From contig NMRA01000478.1 in NCBI GenBank assembly GCA_002633005.1, forward strand, positions 264,881 to 328,880: DNA of 64,000 nucleotides, written 5' to 3'. A program made the position numbers and the translations under genes. This document shows, in pieces, positions 39,401 to 53,459 of the stretch; position 1 is the stretch's first letter; the number at the start of each line of letters is the position of its first letter. A model generated the notes under the pieces. That model did not search any database and was not told the origin of the DNA. It saw nothing but the letters and a program-made list of their open reading frames with translations. The stretch is from Phoronis australis (Eukaryota; Animalia; Phoronida).

Positions 39401-40348
39401 TTCTCTACAGAAATCACCCATTTAGTCGCGTTACACCTGTACAACTTCTCGAAAGACTCGCATCGGTGGCGTACAAGAGCAATGCCGCTCAGACGGGAGT
39501 TATTTTTTTCACGGCGAGTGTTTCTACGGATTGAGGCCTTTGTTGGTTTAATTGCTTACAAAAGATTTCGCTTTACGTGTCAGAAACTCTAAAACAGTTC
39601 CGTTTTACCACAAGAGGAACTTTGTAAACAGATCTTTATAGATCTGTTGATTTTAAAAGAACATAGTCGAGAGTTGCTTCCTAAATTTTGATAAAAATCA
39701 CTTTTACAAAATCCCGAAGAACTGGTTACGTTAGCTTCTTGTAAAGAGAATTTTATGTAAGCATCTTACAGATCGATCTCTTTAAATATGCTTTATCTCA
39801 GTACAATGACGGGTTTTATTCTATTTACACTCTAAAATAGGAAATTACTAATTTCCAGCGTCTTCGTCCCTGTCATAATACTGCATTTATCATCCAGGCT
39901 ATTACTAAAAATACATACGAAGTAGTGGGGGCCTTCTAATGTTAAGGTGTCTAAAGTGTCGGAATTTAATTCAAGTTTTACCCAAGTCAAGGCAAACGAC
40001 AGACATTCATGCAACTGAACAAAACATTTTGCTACTATAATGCATGTAATTGGCAAAAATACTTAAAAAACAATTTTGCCGAGGAACATGCATAACGGAG
40101 AATGCAGAACAAATGAGACGGCATTTGGTACACTTGAATGACTCCCGCCGGGTCAACCAGTTAAGATATCTGATTCGTTCCCGATGACTTACGATATCAT
40201 ATCCGGTTGAACCAATGCAACCGTTGAAGACAATCAACTCCGGCCATTGTCCAGAATATCCACCGATTTGAAAAAGCAAGCAGTTAAACGCGGAACAGAC
40301 TCGTAGCAGTATTAAGACAAGTTATCAGGATGTGTTCTTATTCCAAAT

Positions 40349-40622
40349 TAAAGCGGTGTTAAACCCTTGGTTTCTGTTAAAAACAAGTTTTGATTTGCGC
40401 CTCTTACCCCTGTGATATCCGTCTTAAAATTTTCCTCAGTCAAAACAAGCAATGACTGTTACCTGACGTTTTATGAGCTATGAAGAAATTGTTACTGTCA
40501 CTCCTTCCAGAGAAAACGCATCTAATCTGTGTGAAGATAACGACAAGGCCAATTTTCTGACGGTAAATGGCCTAAAACAAAACTTGTTTTTGGCTGAAAG
40601 CACGGGTTCAAGGCCGTTGTAA
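40349..40622. mobile_element. Kolobok-like MITE
   Basis: Left end ttaaagcggtgttaaacccttggtttctgttaaaaacaagtttt is an imperfect inverted repeat of the right end aaaacttgtttttggctgaaagcacgggttcaaggccgttgtaa. Termini are TTAA-like. A related end occurs at ~46990-47030. Confidence 0.5.
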
Positions 40623-42404
40623 GTGACTACAGTTTTGCGTGCGGCAACCGTCGTTCAAAACAAATGAACACGAGACGTTATTGCCATAACAATAACTTGA
40701 TTATGTGGTTGCTAGCATTGGACAACTTATTTTAGAGTGAAACTACTGTAGAGCAGAAACAGGTGAACTCAGTAATTGGTGTTTACTGCGACTTCAGTGA
40801 GCATCCGCAAAGCGTTGTTTATGTTTGACACAAATGTCCATACGTTGTGTGTTTATTCTCGTTTCTCATGTTCTAATAATTACGCTTTTAACTCTGTCTC
40901 AGCTTGTTGATAAAACAATGTTTTGCGTCATATGATCATTACATAATCCAGTGCTGACGCAAAAGTTCTTTTTAGCACCATTTGAGCAAGTTTTGTACTT
41001 CAAACATCAACTATGGTCGACAGGTATCGCTGGTCCCCACTAGTGTCGCTGTTCATTGCTTAAAGGGGCATTTCACCGATGTTCAGCTGTCAGTGTTGAA
41101 TTATTAACCGTAACACTTTGGGGTTTAAAAACGTCACTACGCGCATCCGATCTAGAATTGTTGTCGAAGGAGTCGGCAACTCAAGTTACAGGCAATGCGC
41201 ACATGGATCATTTTCGAACTCTCAATTTTAGGGTTGATCAATCCCAATAGACTGTGAAGTTTTTCTTGAGTGGCTGACGGTTTCGATATTGTTGTTGGTA
41301 ATGGAAATAAAACCCTGTCACTCTAAGGTATACCACGAGATGACTGGCAACTTTAAAATTCTGAATACACTCTACAAATCGATGTTATTATTATCTGCGC
41401 ACGTTCTCGCACCTATAAAGCTGTCCGTTGTGTGGGTGATAATTCAAACAAAGCAGACATCCTGCACGCAACGTTTTCCTCCAATTATGCCGTAATTAAA
41501 CCAGTAAGTTTTCTGTTGGGAAACACTGCGTGCAACCCGAACAGTCCGTTCGGTTACTGTTTATTCAGTTGTGGGGCATTTTAGTTTTATTCGTTTGGTT
41601 TTAGGTTAGAACGATTTCGAGTGTTCCTGCTCCGTCCGTCACTCGTTATGTTCACAGTTGACTACAATACGCAAAAGGTGTGCGGCCCTCCAGTGAACGA
41701 AATGTTTGCATGTTTAGGTTATAGAGCAACACGTCGACCGTGCATTCAACCAAATGTACACAAAACTATAATATTCAAAGGTGCTTATTTTCTCAAAGTA
41801 CAATGCCTGAAGAATATAATTTTGGACAGTATATTAATCCACAATTGATTGAGTCACATGACCATGCCTTTTATATGAAATTCAACTAAGAAGGGCAGTT
41901 ACAGTAATAAGATAAAACGGCAAAACTTTGTTTGATGTAAATGTTAAAGATGAAATCTCCAAAAAATTTGTTACAGTTTTCCAAATTATGAAAATTCATT
42001 TTCATACAAAGCAACTTTTGATTTTTTTCAGAAAAATCACAAAAGTTATATTTTTCATAGCCTTTCATGGATAAGTAACAATTCCGAAAAGGGTTTTGGA
42101 GAAAGGTACATAAAGGATGCTATCTGAAATTCTCAAGTGAATCCAATTATTCATTTGTGAGACATGATGTTCCGAATGTAGCCAAATTTGGACATTTTCG
42201 AATGCCCTACGTCACCTTAAAAGGGTGTTAAACAACGATTTCATATTAGTAGATATTAGCGACGACCATATTACTTGAACTTAAAAAAACAATGACTCGC
42301 AGCAGTGGTGAATCAGTAAAAGTTTCCAAGCAAGTTTTAATGTTCTTAAAGGTCTCTTAAATCACCGAGAGTCCTTGGTAGTTCACCGTAGTTTCATTTT
42401 GTAA

Positions 42405-42428
42405 TTGTTGTTGTTGTTGTTGTTGTTT
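42405..42428. repeat. (TTG)n microsatellite
   Basis: Directly visible. Confidence 0.85.
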
Positions 42429-42916
42429 TGGGAATTTTCGTGGGCTTTCTGGTCTTGTGTTATAGCACTGGCGTTAGCCAATAATCAGCTCAAACATGGT
42501 TGGTTTACTGATTACAATGGCGTATGCATACTGTGGAATTGAAAGGTGTTGGTGGTTAAAAGTTGAGAGAACAGTTGTCTCTACTACATGTACCTGCTCA
42601 ATCGCTCAATCAAGCTCCAGCAATGTTCCTAAGATCACTCACTGACTTGATGAGATGGCCCTTTTTATTCATACGATTAATAATGACAGTTGTTTTATAG
42701 TTTTTATAATGGAACGAGGGTAAGATGAAAAACATTGACGCTTACCTGGTTTGGTGCGTGTTGCCTGAAATGAAAAGTTCACAGGGATTACTTTCAATAT
42801 GAAATGCAATGACAATCCAATTTTGAAACCGTGGGGTGGCTGTCGGTACTGGCCAACCATGTTTAAAAGTACACGTGACATCCCGTGTTACTTTTATGCA
42901 ACCCTTTTGTGGACCA

Positions 42917-43348
42917 GTGCTCGGTTGCATGAAACAGTCCCAAATAGGGACTCGACTAAATTCCTTAAAACTGCTGCGTATTTGTGGGCCTGTGAAAACC
43001 CCGGTTGTCCTGTCTTTTGCTGTTTCAGTCTCATTACTAAGTCAATTTTTGGCTTTGATAACAATCGAGAGTGAATTCTCGTCGGAATTCTCAATATTAT
43101 TGAAGACAAGTAGGGATCTTTTCATGCAACGCCCCTAATTTAAGGACTTAGTCCCCCATTGTTTTGACTGAATTAAGGCCTCAGTTTTTTGTTATATGAT
43201 TACAAAATGCCATTAGTCAAAGAGGGGCTCAGAATAAAGATATGATAGAAAAATTTTACATCTGTGCTTAAAGAACGAAACAAATACGAAAAAGATTTGG
43301 GGAACTTGGTTGAGTCCCTATTTGAGACAGTTTCATGCAACTGGGCAC
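42917..43348. mobile_element. MITE (PIF/Harbinger-like), family copy 1
   Basis: TIRs of about 35-45 bp: gtgctcggttgcatgaaacagtcccaaataggga and tccctatttgagacagtttcatgcaactgggcac. Internal sequence is shared with 53740-54115. Confidence 0.75.
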
Positions 43349-46300
43349 TGAACTCCTTGCGCGACTCCAAGTTCTTGCGTTTTACAGGTGCCTGTGTTGA
43401 TAAATGAAGATAAAACTGCCGCAACCTAACATCTTATTTAACCATCGTGATGCCACTGTTGCATTAAATTACAAAGCAGTAAAACAGGACTACAATCACG
43501 TGACTTGCTCCTTTACGTAACAGAAGTAACTACGTAGATACATTTATTTTACTTTTTAAAACTGTGTATACACGCATGGGTAGGAGGCTTTTCGTGCAAC
43601 AAGAAATCAAACTAATACTGTTGTATTATTGCTACAGAATTTCACCAGCAAGCTGCGAGATAATTTCATTGGCTACCGGTACCATTTCGTTCGCTACATA
43701 AATATGCCATGTGCAAAAACCAACAACACGCTTCTAATGTTGGCAATTCTATGTTGTTGCACTTCAACGAATTTCCCATCCGGTGATTTTTACTGACGCA
43801 ACCTATCGTTAAAAGTCGATATGTTCAGCAAAAGGCGGGCGGACACTTTGTTCTGATCTTGCTGTAACCATGTCAAAAATTCTCTTGTTATTTATTACAT
43901 TGTTTTTATGATACGTCATGAACTTATTTAAAGGACTACAAAAAGAACTTAGTCGGCCTACTCAGTCACCGATCATGAAAAGAATTTTTGTAAGCCAATA
44001 TCAGAAAGGTACTCACAGTGTCGTCCACACACAAAACTATTTTGCAGCTCCAGAAAAGCGCGTAAAAGAAAAGCAACATAAAGCGAACTATCTGCAGGCA
44101 ATCCATAGCGTCGTCAGCCGTAAACCGAGTCAACGCATTTGAAACTTTTCAGGCGGACCATGTTTATTTCACAAAATTAAGTCCTTAGCCTGAACACCAC
44201 TGGACCAATGAAATGAGGCTCCCCAGTGGGATGGCCTTCAAGCACAAATTTAGATTTAGAGTCTCACATGAAGTGAGACACTAGATGTGTCTGTCAATCA
44301 GTATTGTAAAGGCCGTTGGAAGCTGATATAACTAAACACGCGACCTGTCTGAAAATTTGTATTTACAAACACTAGCGACTACAGGTATACAGTGCCGCCA
44401 TTTTTAATGTATGGGCCCACTACTAAGCTCACGCAGCATCGGTGTTAGATGAGGGAACTAGCTGAGTGCTACATCGATTGTTACTGAATGGAACTTATGG
44501 AAGTATATATTATCCTCCAGGAAAGATTCGTAAAATCAATTATACATAACAGTGCACATTTCTTGAATGAAATTCCTAAGCCGGTTCCCCCACAGGCACC
44601 TACACGAGTGGGAACAACTGGCTTATGAGCGGATGAAACCAGTGGGGTCCCTGGTTTTGGCTAAAGTATTCCATAGAGCTTTACCTGCGTTCGCTGCGTT
44701 GTCCAGCGACGCAAAATGCATGGCTTACGTTTTCCATAGATTGATTTGCATAATCTAAAAAATACCGCATAATTGACAGCGTTCCTGAGCTGGGCTGTGT
44801 TTTTGTAGAGGACGTTTCTGGCGAGAAAAGCGATACCAAGCAAGACCACGAAAAATGACGCACTAGCAAAATAGCCGCCACTGAAGCAAAGATAACTATA
44901 AAATTTTTGACTGAAGTGATTGGTCGGCCACGCCGGAATGTTATTAGATATTTCAGTACGCTGCGGGTAAAATCGCTATTTCTGATCAGTAAGCCAAGAT
45001 TTTTTGCCTCACAGAAGTAATTCACAGGCGTCTTTCAGTACGGAATACATCCCATTTTTCCAGAATCTTACTGCGGTTGCGTCATCAGCCGTGTCCCTAT
45101 TTCAGACAAGCAAAAGTTTCTAATTGACTGGGTCAAATTTATGGAATTAACCCACGCACATGTAGGAGACGGAGCAGGGGCGCAATAAATAAATATTAAG
45201 CTCCAACCGTGCGGTGTCATCTTTGAAAGCCATTGCATTGGTTATTAAAAATATTTATGTATGTACTAAGCTCTCTTACTAGGGGACTAGTTCCAATTAA
45301 GTGAGCTTGCAAATCTTTTTATTATGACTTCAGGAGACAATGAAGAATCTATTTCACCACTGCATTGGTTGATGCCTTGGGCTAGAACCCATTATCGTTT
45401 TTAATACTTTGAGTTTTCTTTCCAAAATATACATGGTTAAATGGAGTTCATCAACGCTAACTTGCTTTATTCCAGGTTGAAGCTCGCGACTTTGACTTGA
45501 CCCAGTTAGTGCAGAGAAGTACTTTTTAAATAAAGTTCTATGGAGTGGTTTGACTAGTGATAGAGTTGGACACTCTTTCGTAGGAATTTACAGACACGGG
45601 GTTAGATGTAGAAACAATTTGGCCCAAATTTTACAAATCAAAATCGTAATTTCTGTCGTTGTCATGCACAATGAAGTTAAGAGATTATAAGTGAAATGAG
45701 TCGATTTCCGTAGTTTGTTCGGGTATTTGTGGTTGTTTCGACCATGAACCCTGAACCGCGACATTTATAATTCATACGTCCACTGTAAATCTTATATGTA
45801 TGTAAGCCATTGCAATGCATGGCGATATCTCGCGAAGTTTTGCGAATTCTTGCTTTTTTAGAAAGAAACTGTGTCTACGGATATGTACACCGGCCGGGAC
45901 AGTATTAATGGTGTCAAACGGCACGGATAATCCGGCTGCTATGAATTTGAGTAGCTCTATTAAACGACAATTAGTTTGAGACTGCGAGTATTTGTGAAAG
46001 AAACGTGAATTTAACACAGACTGATTCTATTATGATCCTGGTATGTTTTGTGGAAGAAGAAATCGCTTATGTGATAAATCCGTCAGCCAATGCGCCAGCA
46101 GGTGTGAGACAGCCATCAGGCAGTGTCTTCAAGTTCAATATGTGGCACCACTATACATGTACTGTTTCCAGAAATGTTTGCTGCAGGATTATTATTCAAA
46201 AGTCATTTGAATCACATGAATAACGCAAAGTCTAATGCAAAACCAAACAGGCCGTTGATGACGGCGTACTTTTATTTAGCAGTAGCAACTTGTGCTATTT

Positions 46301-47649
46301 AGTTTGTTTTCCGGAAACTTGAGCTAACAATTTGAGGCTACTGTCTAGTGCGTGAGGGAATATAACAACGACAGTAATTATAGTACAAATATCGCCAAGT
46401 GACTGGGGTGTCGTAATTCGATTACCTGATTTTCGAGTCAACAATCCCAGACTATGAGCAGTTGGGAGTCGTAAATGTGAAGTGGTGTTCAGTATAGTTT
46501 TAACCCAGTTACTGAATTAGAACATTCTGGTTTAGTCCTAATTTCCAAGAAATTGAACAAATGAGTATAACCTGTAGGAGTATATGTTCAATGAGTGGGA
46601 ATAACTTTCAATGTCGTTTGGTATTATCTCGGTTATAAAAGTTGGGTAGACACAGTTAATGGTGTTGGGACTTCGCACTTCGAAAGTTGTGGCAAACAGG
46701 AAGGTCGCTTCAAAACTTGTGCCTTCTGCCAAACAAATTTTGATTAGACCAACTAATGTTATAGAATTGACCTCGTCTTGCTCTTTTGTCAGTTAGAAGC
46801 GACTCCTGGGTTTGGGTATAGTAGACAATTAGTTATTTCTTCAGACAAAATTTAAACAAAAAATTCAGGTCACGCTGTGACATTATTATAGTAACGTCAT
46901 AAGAAATGACGAAATGTCAGTTTTTTCTAAGCTCAAAAATCACACCTCTTTTGATTAAGGAATAATTTGAGACCACTGACTAAACCCAAGCTTGTTTTTT
47001 GGTAGAAAGCACGAGTGTAATGTAGTTTTAAAGGGATTTTCAACATCCATTCGATCACACTGGCATTGATTGAGACGGGTGCCGGCCAGGTCCACGATCT
47101 ACCTCTATAAGTTTCGAATACAGCTTTAAAACGGACTACTATGACGCATCACACCACCAGACAACAATTTTCTAATTACAATACCAGCGTCTTGAGGCTA
47201 ATTGTCTGCTAACTGTCTCTGCTGAACTGGTGAAGCGGAGTCCTTTCTTTTTACTCTTGTTGATCTGAACTCTTAAGTTCTTGGAAAGATTGCGTAATAC
47301 ATCTGAACAGCCATGTCCTGTATTTAATTGGTAATTCTGAGGCTGTAAATTCAAGTACTACTTTGAAAAATTCCCACCGCTTCCAAAAGTACGTGCTGTA
47401 AGCCAGACTTCCGTCAAAAATATGAGCTATTTATTGAGACCACTTCCTGTTAAAAAACTTCTACAAAAATCGCGTTTTTGGTATATGCCTGGCTGCACTG
47501 TTGTCCAAATTTCCGGTTGGAGAACAATCTATTCTCGCGGTACTGTAATCTCTTAATATGCCAGAGAGCACAAGTGTTTCCAAAGAGCATTTTTGTGAAA
47601 AAGCTAGATCACCCAACTCTGACCCTGTGAAATCACCTGAGTGAAAATC

Positions 47650-48265
47650 GAGTAAACTTTGATACCTTACAAATATATAACAAAATGACCGCTGAAGTGA
47701 TTGGCCAGCGAGGTTGGAGAAATTTCGTCCGGCGAACGTTTCCATCAACGGTGATTGCTCATCCAAGTATGAAGTGATAGTCCTGCGGGTATTTCGTGAT
47801 GACTTGTGTAATGTCGCCAAAATCTCAAGGATCCACTTGGAGCACAAGTCCTGGGCCCGGTCTCCAATCTTTTTACTCGAAATGGAACTCAAAATTAGGT
47901 TTGGCATTTTCTACTCTACTTTTGGGCGAACTCAAGATAAGTGTCTATTATTCTATGCTCGAGTACACAATAACTTCCGTAGATAATTTATTGCCCTTAG
48001 TTCACAGTTTGTAAACCCAATAATAAAGCAATAAGTTCGAGCTTGAACTCGAAATTTCGAGTTTTTACTCGAGNGTAAACTTTGATACCTTACAAATATA
48101 TAACAAAATGACCGCTGAAGTGATTGGCCAGCGAGGTTGGAGAAATTTCGTCGAACGTTTCCATCAACGGTGATTGCTCATCCAAGTATGAAGTGATAGT
48201 CCTGCGGGTATTTCGTGATGACTTGTGTAATGTCGCCAAAATCTCAAGGATCCACTTGGAGCACA
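47650..48265. repeat. ~195-bp direct duplication (47650-47846 and 48071-48265), second copy starting at a single N
   Basis: Near-identical gtaaactttgataccttac..ggatccacttggagcaca twice. An n sits at 48074, and the intervening segment begins with a MITE-like end cctgggcccggtctcc. Confidence 0.8.
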
Positions 48266-48603
48266 GGTTAGAGTTCGGTGTATCGCAGCGAGAAAGATTT
48301 ATCCAAAATCCCGTGCTCTCATTCTGTTGAAAATACACGGCAAAGACGTGCGTAATCTCGCGAAGCCGTGCTTATTTAGAGAGGTCCTACCGTTACTGAA
48401 CTCTACCCAGGTCTTTCGTTAAAGAAAACTTCCCCATCGCGACGTCTTAGTTCTGGAAATCTCTCACTTTGAGAAAATGGCGTCATCTATTGGCAAAAAG
48501 TAAAACACCACACTATTAGTCGAGTTGCGGCGTGCAACAAATGTCTCGTGTTAACGTGATGTGAAATGTTTAACATCAATAATCAATCATTTTCTCCCAG
48601 AGT

Positions 48604-51600
48604 ATGGCGTGTTTTATAGCAGTAGCCTTTCTGATAGTGTTAGCATTTTCAGAAGAAAACGCCAATGCAGGTGAGGTACTTCACGCCTTTATCACAGAGT
48701 TATTTCCGTCTTTGGTAGGAACCTTTACATTTGTATAGGGGTGTACTTTAGTGGACAGCAAGCAGATATAAAGCGCCTGAATAATTTGCTTCTTTGTCAG
48801 TGGTTCCTTTTCTTACCTTTTAGTAAACAGTTGCGTTGTTTTGTCACCGGTTCGGAGTTTTCATGACTTTGAAAGATATGATGCAGTTTGTGTGGTGGGG
48901 GAGAATAATCGTAAAGGAGAACTGAAAATGAACAATACGATTATTTGGTTTCAACTAAGGCTAGCCAATACATTAGTTGATATCTGAACCAACCCTTAAC
49001 AGGGTTGGAAGCCCGCACATGGAAAGCGTAGAAACCAGCGTTATACATAACACACTCGAATTGATCGTCAAATATTTACCTTCATTTGTCGAAAAAAAAA
49101 CAGCGTATATAGGTGCACGGCAATCAAGTCCTTCAAAAGAACTTATTCACTCGAAATTCACTTTTTACTATTGGCTTGTCACTCCGTCATTTTCATTTTT
49201 TTACCTAGCGGTGTGCTAGTCGTGAACTAAAGCATTCACCTCGCTCATTGGCTGGCATTTGGGTCACTACATGGTGTCATTAGGTCAAAAACTGAGAGTA
49301 AGCGATGGCAGACGATTTAATTCGTCGTTGTTAGAGAAAGGTAAAAAGAGGCTTGTTTCTAAATTACATAGGTCTTCATTGCGAGGTTTTTGATTAAGAC
49401 ACTAGATTGCCGAAGGAATTGCCTATATTGTGTGTAACCGTTTGGGTGTTAATTGGTATTCAGGTGACTTATAAGCCCAAGAGGCTGGGATTATGTTGCA
49501 TATGAAGTTCACTTGTTTTGTATTGTATTGTATTGTATTGTATTGTATTGTATTGTATTGTATACTGCGATGTTCCCATATCATTATTATAAATAATAAT
49601 TATATATAACCGGTAAGACCGTTTACGGTTCCCTAAGTATGTTGTGGGAATGCAATTTGGTTATTACCAGGGTTTTCTGTTGATTAGCCTATCCGATGAA
49701 ACGCCCATGGGCTTTATTTGGTGTTACAACTTCTGGTGTCAAGTGTCCTGATAGCGTTTATTCGGAAAATTTCCTCTTGAAAGCCCGCTAAGCGTCAACG
49801 TTTAGTCACAAGTTCAGTTTTGAGGAGCATTTATCATTTATAAAAACGAACAAAGTGCTGGCGAACTATGCATTTATTGAAATAAATTTAAAAACTTATT
49901 TTTAAGTAAAAATGTCAGTCAGGCAACCTATTACTTTCCGTTTACACGCCCCCCATTCAATCGGAGTAAACGCCCGGGCGTTTATTTGGTATTACTAAAA
50001 CGACTGAAATTTTTCATTTTCCGACTTTGGGCCCATGAGCTTATTTACAGAAAATCACGTTAACACAATGATCAAATATTTTCCAGAATTTGAGAAATGA
50101 ACATACATGTAAATTATATGAAGTTTTCGGTGTGGGGGCAAGATACTTATTGAGTGTGTTAGAACTACTTATGGAATCATGAAAGGTCTTACTTGGTTAA
50201 ATTTTGCTTCTTTTTGCATCTGTGTAACAACTACCAATCAATTCATCTACCACTTTATGCTCATTGATGCTGACCTAATGACGTCATTTTATACTAAGTA
50301 GTGACCCGAATGCCAGACAATAAGTAGTTTGTTATCCAGTAGGCGAAAAAAAGTAAATGGCGGAGCGACAAGCAAACCGTAAAACGCCGAGTCTTCAAGA
50401 GAATATTTTAGTATTCTCTCGGACTACTTAAAAATATTTTGAACGTGTAATTATATTCGCCATATAATTTATGCAGATAAATTTCTTCACGCAATCATAA
50501 TTTGAATGTGTGCAATGCGAGTACGATATTCACTCCTTGCACACATAGGTGGCGCTGCAAAAATTATTGTTGTACATTGTTATTGTTATTTAGGACACAA
50601 TGCCTCGTTTTAGCATCAATTTTAACAACGCAAACGTGAATGCGCGAGTGTTCTAAACATGCACCATCATTTGTAGCTTGAACGCAACACCTCGCTTTCA
50701 AGCGTAATTGAAAATTCGTGTATGGAGTGAACATGCAAGACTAAACCCTGCAATATCAACCTAAAGACTTCCAACTTTGTTTGAGTTTAGTGTTTGTTTA
50801 CTGACTAATATGAGTCAGCCTTACGTGCAAAACTAACTTTTTGTTGAGACCGCTTTTATCTATAAAGTTAGTCTCAAATCGAAATAAGCTGTGTTCTGTA
50901 GACTTGGGAAAACCGAATTGTTCCTGAATAAATGTGCCGCAGCAGTTGTTCCACCCAATCCTGAAATTTCGTCTAAGTTTTATAACGGTAATTCGAACTA
51001 ATTCAATCCTCGAACGCTAACACCATTTGCACGCAAGCACAAGATAATACGTGAATCCCTCGTTCAACAGTCTCCAGCGAACTTCTCGGCACATCAAATA
51101 CTTTACGTCGCCATCACACACCCAAGTGAGCTTATCGCTATTTATGGACTTGGCCGAATGCGTATTGGATGAGATAGTTGCAGTCGCAAATCAACACGCC
51201 TTTTTAGCGTACGAGTTTCAATGTAAAAAACGAACAGTGTATAAGGCAAACTACCAAAATGACTTTTTTAAAATTGAAAAGTAAATAATGGCCTCTCCAA
51301 GATTTTAAAATCGGTGTACTATAAGAGAAGTTATACATAATATGTTACCTTCAGGAACGCGGCTGATTGAGCCACGCGCATTAATTAACTTTTATGAAAG
51401 GGTGGGTTAGTCAAACTCTGGCTTAGGCTCACTTCTTACCGCGTCCTTGAGCGTTGGAGTGACGAAATGCCAAATGTTAGCGTATGAATTGCCTCACGAA
51501 ACTTGTTTCAGCAGTGGAATATGCGTCGTTATCCAAACCTCCGGAAATTGTGCCAAATGGGTTGACAGAAACGAGTGTTCGAATAAAAATTCCCCTGTGG

Positions 51601-53459
51601 AGAACCGGTGACGTTGGTGACAACCCTCCATCGCAATACTTCGTCCGGCTGAAGGACGAGGACAACGGACAAGTGTTACGGTTCCTCTCCTTCTCGCATT
51701 CGGCAGTCCAGAGTAAAGAAATTACCATGGCTCTTCCATCTGCAGTCCGAAGAGCGATTATAACTGTGGAGCCAGTGACAAGAGAAACTAACACTCAAAT
51801 GCAGTACGACGTTTTGCATCTGGGTGCTGCTGTGTCGCTGCTTGTAGGTTAGATGAATCCGAGTTTCTTTGTAATGACACGTTTTTAAAGAGTTACACGA
51901 TATCAGCTGAATTAAATCAAGACGTTTTTGACAAAAAATTGAAAACTGGATGTCGTTTGGTCTTTAAATTTAGGTAACCATAGGGCTCTAGTCCTGGAAT
52001 GCCAACTGCCGCACGTGACCTATGCATTCTATTGTTAGAACTTGGTACCCCGAGACTAGCCACGAGAGTTTGCACTGTAAATTTCAGGCAGTCTGGTCGA
52101 CTGAGTTTTGGTCGAGTGTTGTAGTTATCAAATCAAGCCAGATTTCATTGCTTCATTTTCATTTCGTCTTCTTTGTTCATCAAGCGAGACTCTTGAGGTA
52201 CAATTAGTCAACAAGACCGACAATTACATTGGTCATTGTTTATACGCACCGAACTGTGGCCCAGTCTCGATGACAGGAATCATCTGACCTGTGATATCTA
52301 TTCAGCTCCAGTCTTAGAACTACTTTTGACAACCTATTAAACTACATGCTAGGACTTTTTCAACGAGAGATTTTTGAATGTTAAAATCATGTTACTGTGT
52401 TTTACCCGAGAAAATATAGTAGAAATGATATTGAATCGAGATGTGATACAAAAGACATTTTCCGGTTCCATAAACCTGAACAGTTTGTCATACTTCTGTA
52501 AAGAGAGTTCGTGACTGCTCTGACGCTAGTAGCAATAAGTGTGCTACCTCGAGCGACTATCTCATCAACAATACAAAATTGTGTATTTGTTTGTAGGAGA
52601 CCCTAAGACAGATCTCGTGGTTATAGTCGTGCCGATTGTAATGGGGGTTCTCTTACTATTGTTTGTTGCCGTCGGAGTTTACTTTTGTATCAAACGAAAA
52701 CGGAACAATCACGCGGAGAGCAAAAGCAAAAATCCAACTGGTGATGTGTTTCAGCCAAACGAGCTGGAGACCAGGGATCAGACGACGAGCCGCAGCCTCA
52801 CATTCATGGATCGCCTGGTTGGTCACAGCGCTAGTTCTGTCGATCGTCTTGTCAGCACAAGCAGGATGGAGCTCGCTGAGGCCATGGAATCCGACAACCT
52901 CGAGTGGATAGCGCGCTCCATAGAGAGGGTGAAGAGAAGCGCCGCCGGGAGACATCTGAAGCCGGAACTAAAGCAAGCGTCGGAGACTAAGGACAAACTA
53001 AAGCGAATAAAAAAACCGCGAGACGCTGTGGTCAAGATGTCTCGAGAGACTCTTATGGAGCTCCGCGAATACCGGAACCCTCCAGCTGCAGTGCACCATA
53101 TAATTCGAGCAGTTCTTCTACTGCTGGGCACAGGCGAAGACATCACTTCAGACTGGTTGAAATGTCAGCGGCTTTGCAACACGCTGTATTCGCCGTACAA
53201 CCACGGGTTGTTTCTGAGGATACAGAACTTCAAACTGAAGTTCCTACACCCGGAAATTGCAATGCGAGTCCGCGAGATGCTGGCACCGTACAGTGCCGAT
53301 AGTGTAAACGTTGTGCGTGATGGTCTGGGATTGTTTTACACATGGGCCAAAACAATGACCGACGAACGGCTCCGAAATGTGGACCCGCTTCCAAAACCAG
53401 CCAAAGGAGACCGTCAAAATGCTATATTGTCTGATATGGCTAAGCTGAGACATTTCTGA
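48604..53459 (+). CDS. Type I membrane protein (~421 aa): signal peptide, FN3-like domain, TM helix, cytoplasmic dynein-stalk MTBD-like domain
   Basis: Exons 48604-48670 (MACFIAVAFLIVLAFSEENANA, signal peptide, G|gtgagg), 51512-51847 (LSKPPEIVPNGLTETSVRIKIPLW..QYFVRLK, FN3-like, G|gttaga) and 52597-53459 (TM LVVIVVPIVMGVLLLLFVAVGVYFCI, then KRKR stop-transfer, then ELREYRNPPAAVHHIIRAVLLLLG..DW..IQNF..FYTWAKTM). Both introns are phase 1 and GT-AG. Confidence 0.8.
49520..49563. repeat. (TATTG)n microsatellite
   Basis: Directly visible, about 8-9 units. Confidence 0.9.

Noticed and set aside
42746-42764. 19-bp minus-strand micro-exon-like segment (tttcag|gcaacacgcaccaaaccag|gtaagc)
   Set aside because: The splice signals are good, but I cannot link it to any gene model without transcript data.
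52900-53400. Fragment of a real dynein heavy chain gene
   Set aside because: No AAA+ or long stalk coiled-coil exons are nearby. The module is in the same exon and frame as a TM helix and ends in a stop codon.
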